Assembly (NCBI GenBank): GCA_947259215.1
Contig: CAMYLJ010000008.1
Location: 46,673-110,672, forward strand
Length of the DNA: 64,000 nucleotides
DNA from: an uncultured delta proteobacterium
Lineage (GTDB): Bacteria; Myxococcota_A; UBA9160; JAFDET01
Reading direction: 5' to 3'
Shown here: piece by piece, positions 10,228 through 19,377 of the stretch
Layout of the letters: every line of letters starts with the position of its first letter
Position numbering within the stretch: the stretch's first letter is position 1
Position numbers and translations under genes: made by a program
The notes under the pieces: model-generated
The model's database searches: none
The model's input: the letters and a program-made list of their open reading frames with translations, nothing else
What the model was told of the DNA's origin: nothing

Positions 10228-10971
10228 GTGACGCGCAAGGCGGATCAGACGTGGGGGTTCCGGCTCGAGCCGCGCGAGTGGCGGCGTCTCGCCGGCCTCG
10301 TGCGCGCGAATCCGGGCGACGTGACGCTCGGCGCGCGCGTCTTCTTCGCGATCGGTGGCCACGACGAGGAGCCCGCCTATCGGCGCTTCCTCGAGACCCC
10401 GACGGGCAGGCATCTGGTCGAGAACGCGATCGGCTATCCGGACCTGTTCACGGACTACGAGCGCCTGCGCGCACTGCCGCCGGGCAGCTTGGGTCGCGAG
10501 TACGTCCGGGATCTCGACGATCGCGGCATCGACCCGCTCGAGCTCGACCAGCTCACGCAAGCCGCCTACGAAGGGCGTGCGTTCAGCCGCGAGCACGCCT
10601 ACGTGCGCGATCGCGTGCGCCACGCCCACGACCTCCTTCACACCCTCACGGGCTACGGGGTCGACGTGTTCGGTGAGGCCGGCGTGCTGGCCTTCACCTA
10701 CGCACAGACGGGCAACAAGGGCTGGGCGGGGCTCGTGCTCCTGAACGGATTGACCGCGGTCGCGGGGTGGCGGCTCGACGGCTGGCGCGTCGCCTGGAAG
10801 GGATATCGCCGCGGTCGGCAGGCCCGCTATCTCCCCGCCGTGGACGATTGGGAGAGGCTGCTCCAGCTCCCGATCGAGGAGGCCCGCGCCGAGCTGAAGA
10901 TCCCGCCCCTCGAACCCTACGCACCCATGGCGCTGGGCGACGTCTTCCGCTTCGCGAGCGACGCGCATTGA
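10228..10971 (+). CDS. Coq4 family protein
   Basis: LPPGSLG and HDLLH...GE metal motif. Confidence 0.85.
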   Translation: MTRKADQTWGFRLEPREWRRLAGLVRANPGDVTLGARVFFAIGGHDEEPAYRRFLETPTGRHLVENAIGYPDLFTDYERLRALPPGSLGREYVRDLDDRGIDPLELDQLTQAAYEGRAFSREHAYVRDRVRHAHDLLHTLTGYGVDVFGEAGVLAFTYAQTGNKGWAGLVLLNGLTAVAGWRLDGWRVAWKGYRRGRQARYLPAVDDWERLLQLPIEEARAELKIPPLEPYAPMALGDVFRFASDAH

Positions 10972-10977
10972 GCCGAA

Positions 10978-11570
10978 TCAGGGCCGAAGCGTGATCGGTC
11001 CCTGGTAGCTGTCCCGGTTGGGAAAGAAGAAGACGGTCGTCGGGGTGGGGATGCGCACGACCCACTCCGTCTCGAGCGCCACCTCGCTGAGCGTCCAGCC
11101 ATCCGGCAGCGTGAGCGGCGGCTTGTCCGGACCGCCCTCGACCACGTGGACGAAGTCCCCGCCCTCGGCGCCGGGGACGCGCAGCACGGGAACGCGCCGG
11201 CCCGTCCGAAATCGCAGCACGTGATGTTTCTCCACCAGCATCCGTCGCGGCCCGTCGGGTCCCGCCGGCTGCGCAAGGGCGCTGGCAGGTCGGGCGCAGA
11301 GCGCGAAGCGGTGGCCGCCGATCTCGGTCCGTCTTCAGCGTCGCCCGGTGAGTGCTCGAACCAGTGCTCGTCCATGGCGCCCGCGCCGATGCCGACGCGA
11401 ATCCACGGTTCCTCGAGGGGCAGCGCCTCGTACTCCTCGCGCGAGACCGGCTCGACCGACTGCCAGACGTTCTGCGTCGTCGGGTCGAGGACCTCCGCGT
11501 GCAGCTCTTGCGCTCCCACCAGCACGGTGGCAGACGCGGGGCGCCCGGCGTGCTGCGAGCGGGCCGTCAC
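10978..11570 (-). pseudogene. Hypothetical protein split by a frameshift near 11325
   Basis: GTG 11570 overlaps the NIPSNAP stop; HSPGDAEDGP continues as EIGGHRFALCARP...MLVEKHH in another frame. Confidence 0.6.
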
Positions 11571-11887
11571 TGCAGCGGGGAGTAGGGGAGGGGATGCAGC
11601 CGCTGCATTCGCTCCCGGAGCGCGACCGGCCGCAGCGGCTCGAAGAAGGCATCCGGCCCCTCCGCGCCGGCTGCCTCGCGCCAGGCGCCGAAGCCGGCCA
11701 GGTTCTCGAACTCGGTGACGTGCTGGATCTCCGAGAACCACTCCTCGTGGCAGAACCAGGCGGCCATGAGTCGCGCGCCGAGCTTCTGGGTCGCCGGCAC
11801 CGCGGCCTCCCCGGCGGCTTCGACGAAGCGGTCTCGCGTCGCCGGAGTGGCCGGATGGATGCGGAAGCTCTGCTTCAGGTAGATCAT
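11567..11887 (-). CDS. NIPSNAP-like protein
   Basis: 106 aa, LGARLMAAW, C-terminal PLPYSPLQ. Confidence 0.75.
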   Translation of the reverse strand: MIYLKQSFRIHPATPATRDRFVEAAGEAAVPATQKLGARLMAAWFCHEEWFSEIQHVTEFENLAGFGAWREAAGAEGPDAFFEPLRPVALRERMQRLHPLPYSPLQ

Positions 11888-11928
11888 CGCGACTCCCGAG
11901 CGGGTGCTTGTGCCCGCCTTCCGGATTA

Positions 11929-11945
11929 TGGCATGATCCGTGCCG
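11929..11945. promoter_or_regulatory. Palindromic GG-N10-GC site on both strands (sigma54 promoter or operator)
   Basis: TGGCATGATCCGTGCCG between divergent genes. Confidence 0.45.
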
Positions 11946-11967
11946 AAACCCGAGCCGGACGTCCGCG

Positions 11968-13065
11968 ATGCCCCCTCCCGTCCCCGGACCCTATCGCTTC
12001 CACGCCTTCGAGGTTTCGTACTTCTCGGCCAAGGTGCGCCCGGCGCTCCGCTACAAGCGGATCTGGTACGAGGAGGTCCGCGCCGACCTGCGCGAGGTGC
12101 TGAAGCGGACCGGTCTCGGATTCATCCCCATCGTGGTGACGCCCGAGGACGAGACCTGGCAGGACTCGAGCGAGATCATCGACCGGCTCGAGGCGCGCCA
12201 CCCGGACCCGCCCCTCATTCCCACCGCGCCGGTGCAGCACGTCGCGGCCCACCTGGTGGAGCTCTACAGCGACGAGTTCGCCACGATCCCCGCCATGCAC
12301 TACCGCTGGGGCAGCCCGCTCGGCGAGGCCTCGGCCCGGGCGCGCTTCGTGGCGATGATCGGAGACCCGAAGCTGGGTGAGGGCGCAGCCAAACGCATGG
12401 CCCGCGCGCGCTTCGCGCTCGGCGCCACGCAGGAGACGGCGCCGGCCCTCGAGGACCACACCCGCGACCTGCTCGCGGCGCTGTCCAGCCACTTCGAAGA
12501 GCACCCGTACCTGCTCGGCGACCGCATGTCCTTCGCCGACTGCGCCCTCATGGGTCCCGTCTACGGGCACTTCTTCAGCGACCTGGTCCCGCGCCAGCTC
12601 TTGCTGGAGAGCGCGGTTCCGGTCGTGGGCTGGATCGAGCGCTGTCTCTACCCGAGCCCCGATCCGGGCGGATGGCTCCCGGACGGAGGGATCGCGGAAA
12701 GCCTGCGCGAAGTGCTCTCGCTGATGGGGCGCGACGCTGCCCCGGTGATCCTCGCCGGGATCCGCGCCTTCGAGGCCTGGGCCGACGAGCGGCCAGCGGA
12801 CAGCGACGAGCCGCCGCGGGCGGTGGGGAACTACGAGACCACCCTGCGCGGGGTTCCGCTCAAGCGCTTCATCAGCTCCTACACCCTGTGGATGCTCCAG
12901 CGCACCCTCGACGCCTACCTCGCCCTGGCGGCGGACGAGCGCGCCCGGGTGGACGCCGCTCTCGCGGACACCGGTTGGGAGCCTCTGCTCGTCTACCGGC
13001 CGCGTCACCGCCTCGCCAAGCGAGGCTTCCAGCTCGTGTTCGAAGAGAAGGGAGGAACGCCGTGA
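11968..13065 (+). CDS. Glutathione S-transferase family protein
   Basis: SYFSAKVR, IP, QDSS, YLLGDRMSFAD motifs. Confidence 0.88.
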   Translation: MPPPVPGPYRFHAFEVSYFSAKVRPALRYKRIWYEEVRADLREVLKRTGLGFIPIVVTPEDETWQDSSEIIDRLEARHPDPPLIPTAPVQHVAAHLVELYSDEFATIPAMHYRWGSPLGEASARARFVAMIGDPKLGEGAAKRMARARFALGATQETAPALEDHTRDLLAALSSHFEEHPYLLGDRMSFADCALMGPVYGHFFSDLVPRQLLLESAVPVVGWIERCLYPSPDPGGWLPDGGIAESLREVLSLMGRDAAPVILAGIRAFEAWADERPADSDEPPRAVGNYETTLRGVPLKRFISSYTLWMLQRTLDAYLALAADERARVDAALADTGWEPLLVYRPRHRLAKRGFQLVFEEKGGTP

Positions 13066-14186
13066 CCGATCGCCCCGCCGGAGTGGATTTCCTGGTCGAG
13101 AAGTCCGACTGGATTCGGCATCGCTTCGTGGACGCCCCGGAGCCCGAGCTCGCGCCCGGACAGGTGCTCTTCCGCGTCGATCGCTTCGCCTTCACGGCCA
13201 ACAACATCTCCTATGCGCTGGCCGGAGACATGCTCGGATACTGGCGCTTCTTCCCCGCCCCCGTCGGCTGGGGGCGGATTCCCGCCATGGGGTTCGGCGA
13301 CGTCGTGCGCTCGAGCCACCCCGACGTGGCCGAGGGGACGCGCTGCTTCGGCTTCTACCCCATGTCCCGCTACCTGGTGATCGAGCCCAGCGCTGCCAGC
13401 CCGGCCGGGATCATGGACGGAGCCTCGCACCGGGAGGGCCTGGCGCCGGCCTACAACCAGTACAGCCCCGCCGCTCACGACGCCCTCTACGAGCCCGACC
13501 ACGAGGACGCCCTGATGCTGCTGCGCGGGCTCTTCATGACCTCGTTCCTGGCCGACGATGCCATCGCCGACCACGACCACTACGGGGCCGAGTCGGTGCT
13601 GATCTCTAGCGCCTCGAGCAAGACGTCGATCGCGCTGGGCTTCCAGGTCTCGCGTGCCGGGCGCGCGCGGGCGGTGGGACTCACCTCGCCGCGCAACCGC
13701 GCGTTCGTGAGCAAGCTCGGGTGCTACGACCAGGTGCTGACCTACGACGAGGTCCTTACCCTCGACGCCGCTCTCCCCAGCGTCTACGTCGACATGGCGG
13801 GCAGCGGGCCGCTGCGGGCCGCCGTGCACGGCCACTTCGGCGACCAGCTCCGCTACTCCTGCTCGATCGGCGCCACGCACTGGGACGCGCCTCGCGACGA
13901 CGCTGCGCTCCCGGGGCCGAAGCCCGAGTTCTTCTTCGCCCCGGGACAGATCCAGAAGCGCGTGGCGGACTGGGGGCCCGCCGGATTCCAGGAGCGCATC
14001 GGCGACGCCTGGTCCGCCTTCCGCGCCTTCAGCGACGGCTGGCTGCGGGTGCAGCGCGGCTACGGACGCGACGCCGTCGAGCGCGTCTACCTTGAGACCC
14101 TGGAAGGACGCACCCGCCCGGAGGACGGCCACGTGATCTCGCTCTGGGACTCGGCGGAGGAGGCCTCCGGCGGCGCACCGGCGTGA
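13062..14186 (+). CDS. DUF2855 family protein
   Basis: FTANNISYA, YWRFFP, SASSKTS, FFAP motifs. Confidence 0.85.
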   Translation: MTDRPAGVDFLVEKSDWIRHRFVDAPEPELAPGQVLFRVDRFAFTANNISYALAGDMLGYWRFFPAPVGWGRIPAMGFGDVVRSSHPDVAEGTRCFGFYPMSRYLVIEPSAASPAGIMDGASHREGLAPAYNQYSPAAHDALYEPDHEDALMLLRGLFMTSFLADDAIADHDHYGAESVLISSASSKTSIALGFQVSRAGRARAVGLTSPRNRAFVSKLGCYDQVLTYDEVLTLDAALPSVYVDMAGSGPLRAAVHGHFGDQLRYSCSIGATHWDAPRDDAALPGPKPEFFFAPGQIQKRVADWGPAGFQERIGDAWSAFRAFSDGWLRVQRGYGRDAVERVYLETLEGRTRPEDGHVISLWDSAEEASGGAPA

Positions 14187-15856
14187 GTCGACTGCGCACG
14201 ATCGGGGTGGGAGCGCTCGCACTCCTGGTTCTCGCCGGCGGCCTGGCCTGGCTCTACCAGGACGAGGTTCTGCTCGCGCTCGTCGGCTTCGCGATGGACC
14301 GGCGCCTCCCGGTGGGAACGCACCAGCCCATCGGCTGGGCGAGCGGGCCGGATCCGTCAGGCCGTTCGACCGCGGAACGTCCCCCGAACATCGTCCTGAT
14401 CCTGGCCGACGACCTCGGCTGGAACGACCTCACGTTCGGCGGCGGCGGCGTCGCGGACGGCACGGTTCCGACGCCGCACATCGACTCGCTGGCCCGGGAG
14501 GGCGTGTCGTTCTCCAACGGCTACGCGGCCAACGGCACCTGCGCTCCGTCGCGCGCAGCCATCATGACCGGGCGCTACGGGACCCGCTTCGGCTTCGAGT
14601 TCACGCCGACGCCCGCCGGCATGAGCACGCTGCTTCCCCGCATCGGGAACCGCAGGCCGGGCCGCCTCCGGCCGATCATCACCACTCCCGTGGAAGACGG
14701 CGGCGACCTCTCCTTCGAGGCCCTCGGGATGCCGCCCTCGGAGATCACCCTGGCCGAGCTCCTCGGCGAGCGTGGCTACCACAGCGTGCACATCGGGAAG
14801 TGGCACCTCGGCCGCAATCCCGGCATGGCGCCGCACGACCAGGGCTTCGACGAGAGCCTGCTGATGGCGAGCGGCCTCTACCTGCCGGAGGACGACCCGG
14901 AGGTGGTGAACTCGAAGCAGGACTTCGATCCGATCGACCGCTTCCTCTGGGCCGCGCTCAAGTACGCGGCGTCTTTCAACGGGGGAGCGGCGTTCGAGCC
15001 GGCCGGCTACTTGACCGACTACTACACCGACGAAGCGGTGAAGGTGATCGAGGCCAACCGGGACCGGCCCTTCTTCCTCTACCTCGCGCACTGGGCGCCC
15101 CACACGCCGCTCCAGGCCGCGCGTTCGGACTACGAGGCCCTCTCCCACATCCAGGACCACCGCCTGCGGGTCTACGCCGCCATGATCCGCGCCCTCGACC
15201 GGGGCGTCGGTCGCGTGCTCGAGGCGCTGCGGAAGCAGGGCCTGGAGGAGAACACCCTGGTCTTCTTCACGTCGGACAACGGCGCGCCCAGCTACATCGG
15301 GCTCCCCGACGTGAACCGCCCCTTCCGCGGCTGGAAGATCAGCTTCTTCGAGGGAGGGGTTCACGTACCCTACTTCGTGAAGTGGCCGGGCCGGCTGCCG
15401 GCGGGCGACTCCTTCGCTGCGCCCGTGAGCGGCTTCGACATCTACGCCACGGCCGCAGCGGCAGCGGGCGCCTCGCTGCCCGAGGATCGCGTCATCGACG
15501 GGGTGGATCTCGTGCCCTTCGCACGGGGCGACCGCCAAGGGGCTCCGCACTCCCGACTCTTCTGGCGCACCGGTCACTATCAGGTGGCGCTGGTGGATGG
15601 CTGGAAGCTGCAGGTGAACGAGCGCCCGCCCGGTACGACCTGGCTCTTCGACCTGGCGAACGACCCCGGCGAGCGCACCAATCTGGCGGAGCGCGAGCCC
15701 GCGCGCGTGGCCTCGTTGAAGCGCGCGCTGGCCGCCCACAACGCCGAGCAGGCCGAGCCTGCCTGGCCGTCCCGGGTGGAGGTGCCGGTGAACCTGGACA
15801 AGACCCTGGTCGAACCGGATGCGCCCGACGACGAGTACATCTACTGGCCCAACTGA
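14183..15856 (+). CDS. Formylglycine-type sulfatase with N-terminal anchor
   Basis: PNIVLILADDLG, CAPSR (CxPxR), GKWHLG, SDNG. Confidence 0.95.
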   Translation: MSRLRTIGVGALALLVLAGGLAWLYQDEVLLALVGFAMDRRLPVGTHQPIGWASGPDPSGRSTAERPPNIVLILADDLGWNDLTFGGGGVADGTVPTPHIDSLAREGVSFSNGYAANGTCAPSRAAIMTGRYGTRFGFEFTPTPAGMSTLLPRIGNRRPGRLRPIITTPVEDGGDLSFEALGMPPSEITLAELLGERGYHSVHIGKWHLGRNPGMAPHDQGFDESLLMASGLYLPEDDPEVVNSKQDFDPIDRFLWAALKYAASFNGGAAFEPAGYLTDYYTDEAVKVIEANRDRPFFLYLAHWAPHTPLQAARSDYEALSHIQDHRLRVYAAMIRALDRGVGRVLEALRKQGLEENTLVFFTSDNGAPSYIGLPDVNRPFRGWKISFFEGGVHVPYFVKWPGRLPAGDSFAAPVSGFDIYATAAAAAGASLPEDRVIDGVDLVPFARGDRQGAPHSRLFWRTGHYQVALVDGWKLQVNERPPGTTWLFDLANDPGERTNLAEREPARVASLKRALAAHNAEQAEPAWPSRVEVPVNLDKTLVEPDAPDDEYIYWPN

Positions 15857-15892
15857 TCGGCGCCTGCCGCCGACGACGATGGAGAATCGCCC

Positions 15893-16498
15893 ATGACGCA
15901 AGCCCAGCAGAGCCCGCGAGCGACGACCGACGGCCGGGCGCGCCGTGCCGAGCGCAGCCGCGAGACGATCGCCAATGCGCTCTACGAGCTGGTGGGCGAG
16001 GGCAACCCGACGCCGACCGCCCAGCAGGTCGCCGAGCGCGCAGACGTGGGCATCCGCAGCGTGTTCCGGCACTTCTCGGACATGGAGGCCCTCTACGCCA
16101 CCCTCGACGCCCGCCTGCTGGCGGAGATGAGACCGCTCGTCCGCCCGCTGCCGCCGGAGGGTGGCCTGCGCGAACGCGGCGCGGACCTGGTGCGCGAGCG
16201 GGACGCGCTCTTCGAGCGCATCGCCCCGTACAAGCGTGCCTCGAACCTCAATCGCTGGCGTTCTCCCTTCCTGACCGCCCAGCACCGCAAGCTGGTGGCC
16301 GCGCTGCGCACGGGTCTCCTGCGTTGGCTCCCGGAGCTCGCGTCGGCGCCTCCCGACACGCTCGAGGCGCTCGACCAGGCTACCTCGTTCGAGGCCTGGG
16401 ACCGGCTGCGCAGCGAGCAGCGGCTGAGCCGCGCGCGCGCTCGCGCCGCCATGGAGTGCACCGTGCTGGCTCTGGCTGCCAGCTTGGAGGCGCCGTGA
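15893..16498 (+). CDS. TetR/AcrR regulator
   Basis: HTH VAERADVGIRSVFRHF. Confidence 0.9.
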   Translation: MTQAQQSPRATTDGRARRAERSRETIANALYELVGEGNPTPTAQQVAERADVGIRSVFRHFSDMEALYATLDARLLAEMRPLVRPLPPEGGLRERGADLVRERDALFERIAPYKRASNLNRWRSPFLTAQHRKLVAALRTGLLRWLPELASAPPDTLEALDQATSFEAWDRLRSEQRLSRARARAAMECTVLALAASLEAP

Positions 16499-17850
16499 GT
16501 CGGTTGGCTCGAAAGGCGATGCCCTGGTTCCCCTGGGCCCTGACCCACCCGCGCGCGCGAGCCGCACGCCGCGCGCTCGCGGAAAGGCGCCGGCGGCTCG
16601 CCGGGCAGTCGCACCGGATCCGCTACTTCCACCAGGTCGACGATCCCTACAGCCAGCTGGCCGCACAGGCGCTGGAGCCGCTCTGCGATCGCTACGAAGT
16701 GCAGCTCGAGCCCCACCTGGTGGGGCCGCCGCCCGACGACGCCGCCCCCGAGCGCGAACGTCTCGAGGGCTTCGCGCGCCGGGACGCGGCCGACGTGGCG
16801 CCGTTCTACGGGCTCGACTTTCCGGAGTCCCCGGCGCCGCCCAGGCCCGCCGACGTCGAGCTCGCCGGACGGCTGCTGGCGTCGGCGCTCGCCAGCGGAC
16901 GCTTCGTGCAGGAGGCGGCGCGCATCGGAGCGGCGCTCTGGAGCGCGGACCCGAGCCGGCTCGGGAAGCTGGCGATCGAGCTCCCGCCGGCGGACCGCGA
17001 AGCCACGCGGAGCGCGATCGACGCCGGCAACGCACTGCGCCGGCGCAGCGGCCACTACCTGGGCGCCATGTTCCACTACGCCGGCGAATGGTACTGGGGC
17101 GTCGATCGGCTGTGGCACCTCGAACGCCGGCTGCAAGCGCTGGGCGCGCTGCGCTCGGGCACCGACGCCGCCCCGATCGTCCCGCGACCCGATCTCCGGG
17201 AGGCGCCACCCCTCGGGTCGCCGCGTCGTCTGCGGCTCGAGTACTTCCCGTCGCTCCGCAGCCCCTACACGGCCATCGCGATGCGTCGGGTCCTGGAGCT
17301 TCCCGAGCGCCTGCCCGTCGAGCTCGTGCTGCGCCCGGTGCTGCCCATGGTGATGCGCGGGCTGCCCGTCCCCAGCGCGAAGCGCCTCTACATCATGCAA
17401 GACACCAAGCGCGAGGCGGAAGACGCGGGCGAGCCGTTCGGCTTCGCGTGCGACCCGGTGGGTCGTCCCGTCGAGCGGGCTTTCTCGTTGTATCCGTGGG
17501 CGCGTGAGCGAGGCCGGGCGGCCGAGCTGCTCGCTTGCTTCACCCGGGCCGCCTTCGCGGAGGGCGTCGACACGGGCAGCGACGCGGGCCTGCGTGCCGT
17601 CGTGGAGGGCGCCGGGCTGTCGTGGGGCGAGGCGCAGCCTCACCTCGACGGCGAGGGCTGGCGCGAGGAGCTGGAGGAGAACCGCCGCTCGCTCTTCGCC
17701 AGCGGGCTGTGGGGCGTGCCGAGCTTCCGGCTCGTCGGCGAGGGGACCGAGCCCGACTTCTGCACCTGGGGTCAGGATCGCATCTGGCGGGTCGAGGCGG
17801 AGGTGCGCCGCCGCCTCGGCGCACCGCACACCGGAGAGGACGCTCGATGA
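16495..17850 (+). CDS. DsbA-like / HCCA isomerase, tandem-domain
   Basis: DDPYS and RSPY motifs, WGVDR, WGVPSF, WGQDR. Confidence 0.85.
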   Translation: MSRLARKAMPWFPWALTHPRARAARRALAERRRRLAGQSHRIRYFHQVDDPYSQLAAQALEPLCDRYEVQLEPHLVGPPPDDAAPERERLEGFARRDAADVAPFYGLDFPESPAPPRPADVELAGRLLASALASGRFVQEAARIGAALWSADPSRLGKLAIELPPADREATRSAIDAGNALRRRSGHYLGAMFHYAGEWYWGVDRLWHLERRLQALGALRSGTDAAPIVPRPDLREAPPLGSPRRLRLEYFPSLRSPYTAIAMRRVLELPERLPVELVLRPVLPMVMRGLPVPSAKRLYIMQDTKREAEDAGEPFGFACDPVGRPVERAFSLYPWARERGRAAELLACFTRAAFAEGVDTGSDAGLRAVVEGAGLSWGEAQPHLDGEGWREELEENRRSLFASGLWGVPSFRLVGEGTEPDFCTWGQDRIWRVEAEVRRRLGAPHTGEDAR

Positions 17851-18752
17851 AGCTGCTACGCACGCCGGACGAACGCTTCGCCGAGCTCGAGGGCTACGCC
17901 TTCGAGCCCCGCTACAGCGAGGTGATGGATGAGGATGGGAGTGCGATCCGGATCCACCACCTGGACCAGGGCCCCCGCGACGGGTCGCCCATCCTGCTCA
18001 TGCACGGCAACCCCACCTGGTCGTACCTCTACCGCAAGTGGATCCCCACGCTGGCGGCGGCCGGGCACCGGGTGGTTGCCATGGACCTGGTGGGCTGCGG
18101 CCGCTCCGACAAGCCCGCCGAGCGCTCGGACTACACCCAGGCCCGGCACGTGGACTGGCTGTCGAAGTGGCTCACGGGGCTGGATCTCCGCGACGTGAGC
18201 CTGTTCTGCCAGGACTGGGGCGGCACGCTCGGCCTGCACCTGGTGGCCGAGCACCCCGAACGCTTCGCGCGCGTCGTGGCCTCCAACACGGGCATGCCGC
18301 TCGGTGAGGGCGAGAGCCCGTTCATGAAGATGTGGGTGGGAATGATGCGGAACGCCCCGCAGTTCCCGATGGACCAGATGCTGCCCTCGGGCATGACCCA
18401 CGCCATCACGCCCGGCGAGCTCGCCGCCTACAAGGCGCCCTTCCCGGACCCGTCCTACGAGGCGGGCATCTGCCAGTTCCCGCTGCTGATCGCCGTGCAG
18501 CCGGACAACCCGGGCGTGCCGCTCAACCGGGCGGCCTGGGAGAAGCTGGCGCGCTTCGAGAAGCCCTTCCTCACCCTGTGGGGTGCGCTCGATCCGGCGT
18601 CGGGCAGCGCCTACAAGGCTCTCCAGGCGCATATCCCCGGCGCGGCCGGTCAGCCGCACCACGTGCTGCCCGACGCCAACCACTTCATCCAGGAAGACGC
18701 GCCCGAGGAGCTGGTAGAGCGCCTGCTCGGGTTCATCGCGGCGACCCGGTAG
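17847..18752 (+). CDS. Haloalkane dehalogenase
   Basis: LRTPDERF, HGNPTWSYLYR, QDWGG nucleophile, HFIQED. Confidence 0.92.
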   Translation: MKLLRTPDERFAELEGYAFEPRYSEVMDEDGSAIRIHHLDQGPRDGSPILLMHGNPTWSYLYRKWIPTLAAAGHRVVAMDLVGCGRSDKPAERSDYTQARHVDWLSKWLTGLDLRDVSLFCQDWGGTLGLHLVAEHPERFARVVASNTGMPLGEGESPFMKMWVGMMRNAPQFPMDQMLPSGMTHAITPGELAAYKAPFPDPSYEAGICQFPLLIAVQPDNPGVPLNRAAWEKLARFEKPFLTLWGALDPASGSAYKALQAHIPGAAGQPHHVLPDANHFIQEDAPEELVERLLGFIAATR

Positions 18753-18759
18753 CCGGTCG

Positions 18760-19377
18760 ATGGAGCTGACGGAGCAGCAGGCCTTCGTGGTGAGGAACTT
18801 GTACCTCACCGCCCTGGTTCCTCTCGCTGCGATGGTCGGGCTGTACCTGATCGGGATCCTGTCCCGGTGGGTGTTGGCGGTCTACGCCTACTCCTTCGTG
18901 ATCTGCGCCCTGGGCTGGGAGATCTGGTACACGTACGGCCTGGTCGGCGGGCTGCCGGTGGACGAACGCCGCGCCCCGGCCATGTCGGAAGCCATTCCCA
19001 TTCATCTGAACTGGGTCCTGACGTCGCTCTTCGATGCGGCGGTCTGCGCGCTCGGCCTGTTCCTGATCTGGCTGATCTACGGCTTCAAGGACACGGCCTT
19101 CAAGGCCTGGAAGTGGCCCGCCCTGGTCGTCCTGTTCGTGCTCTTCGTGGGACAGAACGTCTACGTGGAATTCATGATCCACGAGCAGGTGAAGCCGGGG
19201 CTGCCGCTCTCCTGGGCGCCCCTGATTCCCACCGGTCCGTGGTTCAACTTCGTGCTCTTCGAGATCCAGGGCCGCGCCATCACGTTCCAGACCCAGCTGC
19301 CCTGGGTGCTGATGGTACCCGTGTTCAGCCTGCTGGTCTTCCGGTGCCATCGACGCCAAGGCGCCGGGCTCGAATGA
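18760..19377 (+). CDS. Hypothetical membrane protein
   Basis: 205 aa with about 5 hydrophobic segments, inside the operon. Confidence 0.75.
   Translation: MELTEQQAFVVRNLYLTALVPLAAMVGLYLIGILSRWVLAVYAYSFVICALGWEIWYTYGLVGGLPVDERRAPAMSEAIPIHLNWVLTSLFDAAVCALGLFLIWLIYGFKDTAFKAWKWPALVVLFVLFVGQNVYVEFMIHEQVKPGLPLSWAPLIPTGPWFNFVLFEIQGRAITFQTQLPWVLMVPVFSLLVFRCHRRQGAGLE

Noticed and set aside
14357-17850. 950-aa and 1016-aa ORFs suggesting giant or overlapping proteins
   Set aside because: Antisense or off-frame extensions; only 16495-17850 of the plus ORF is protein-like.
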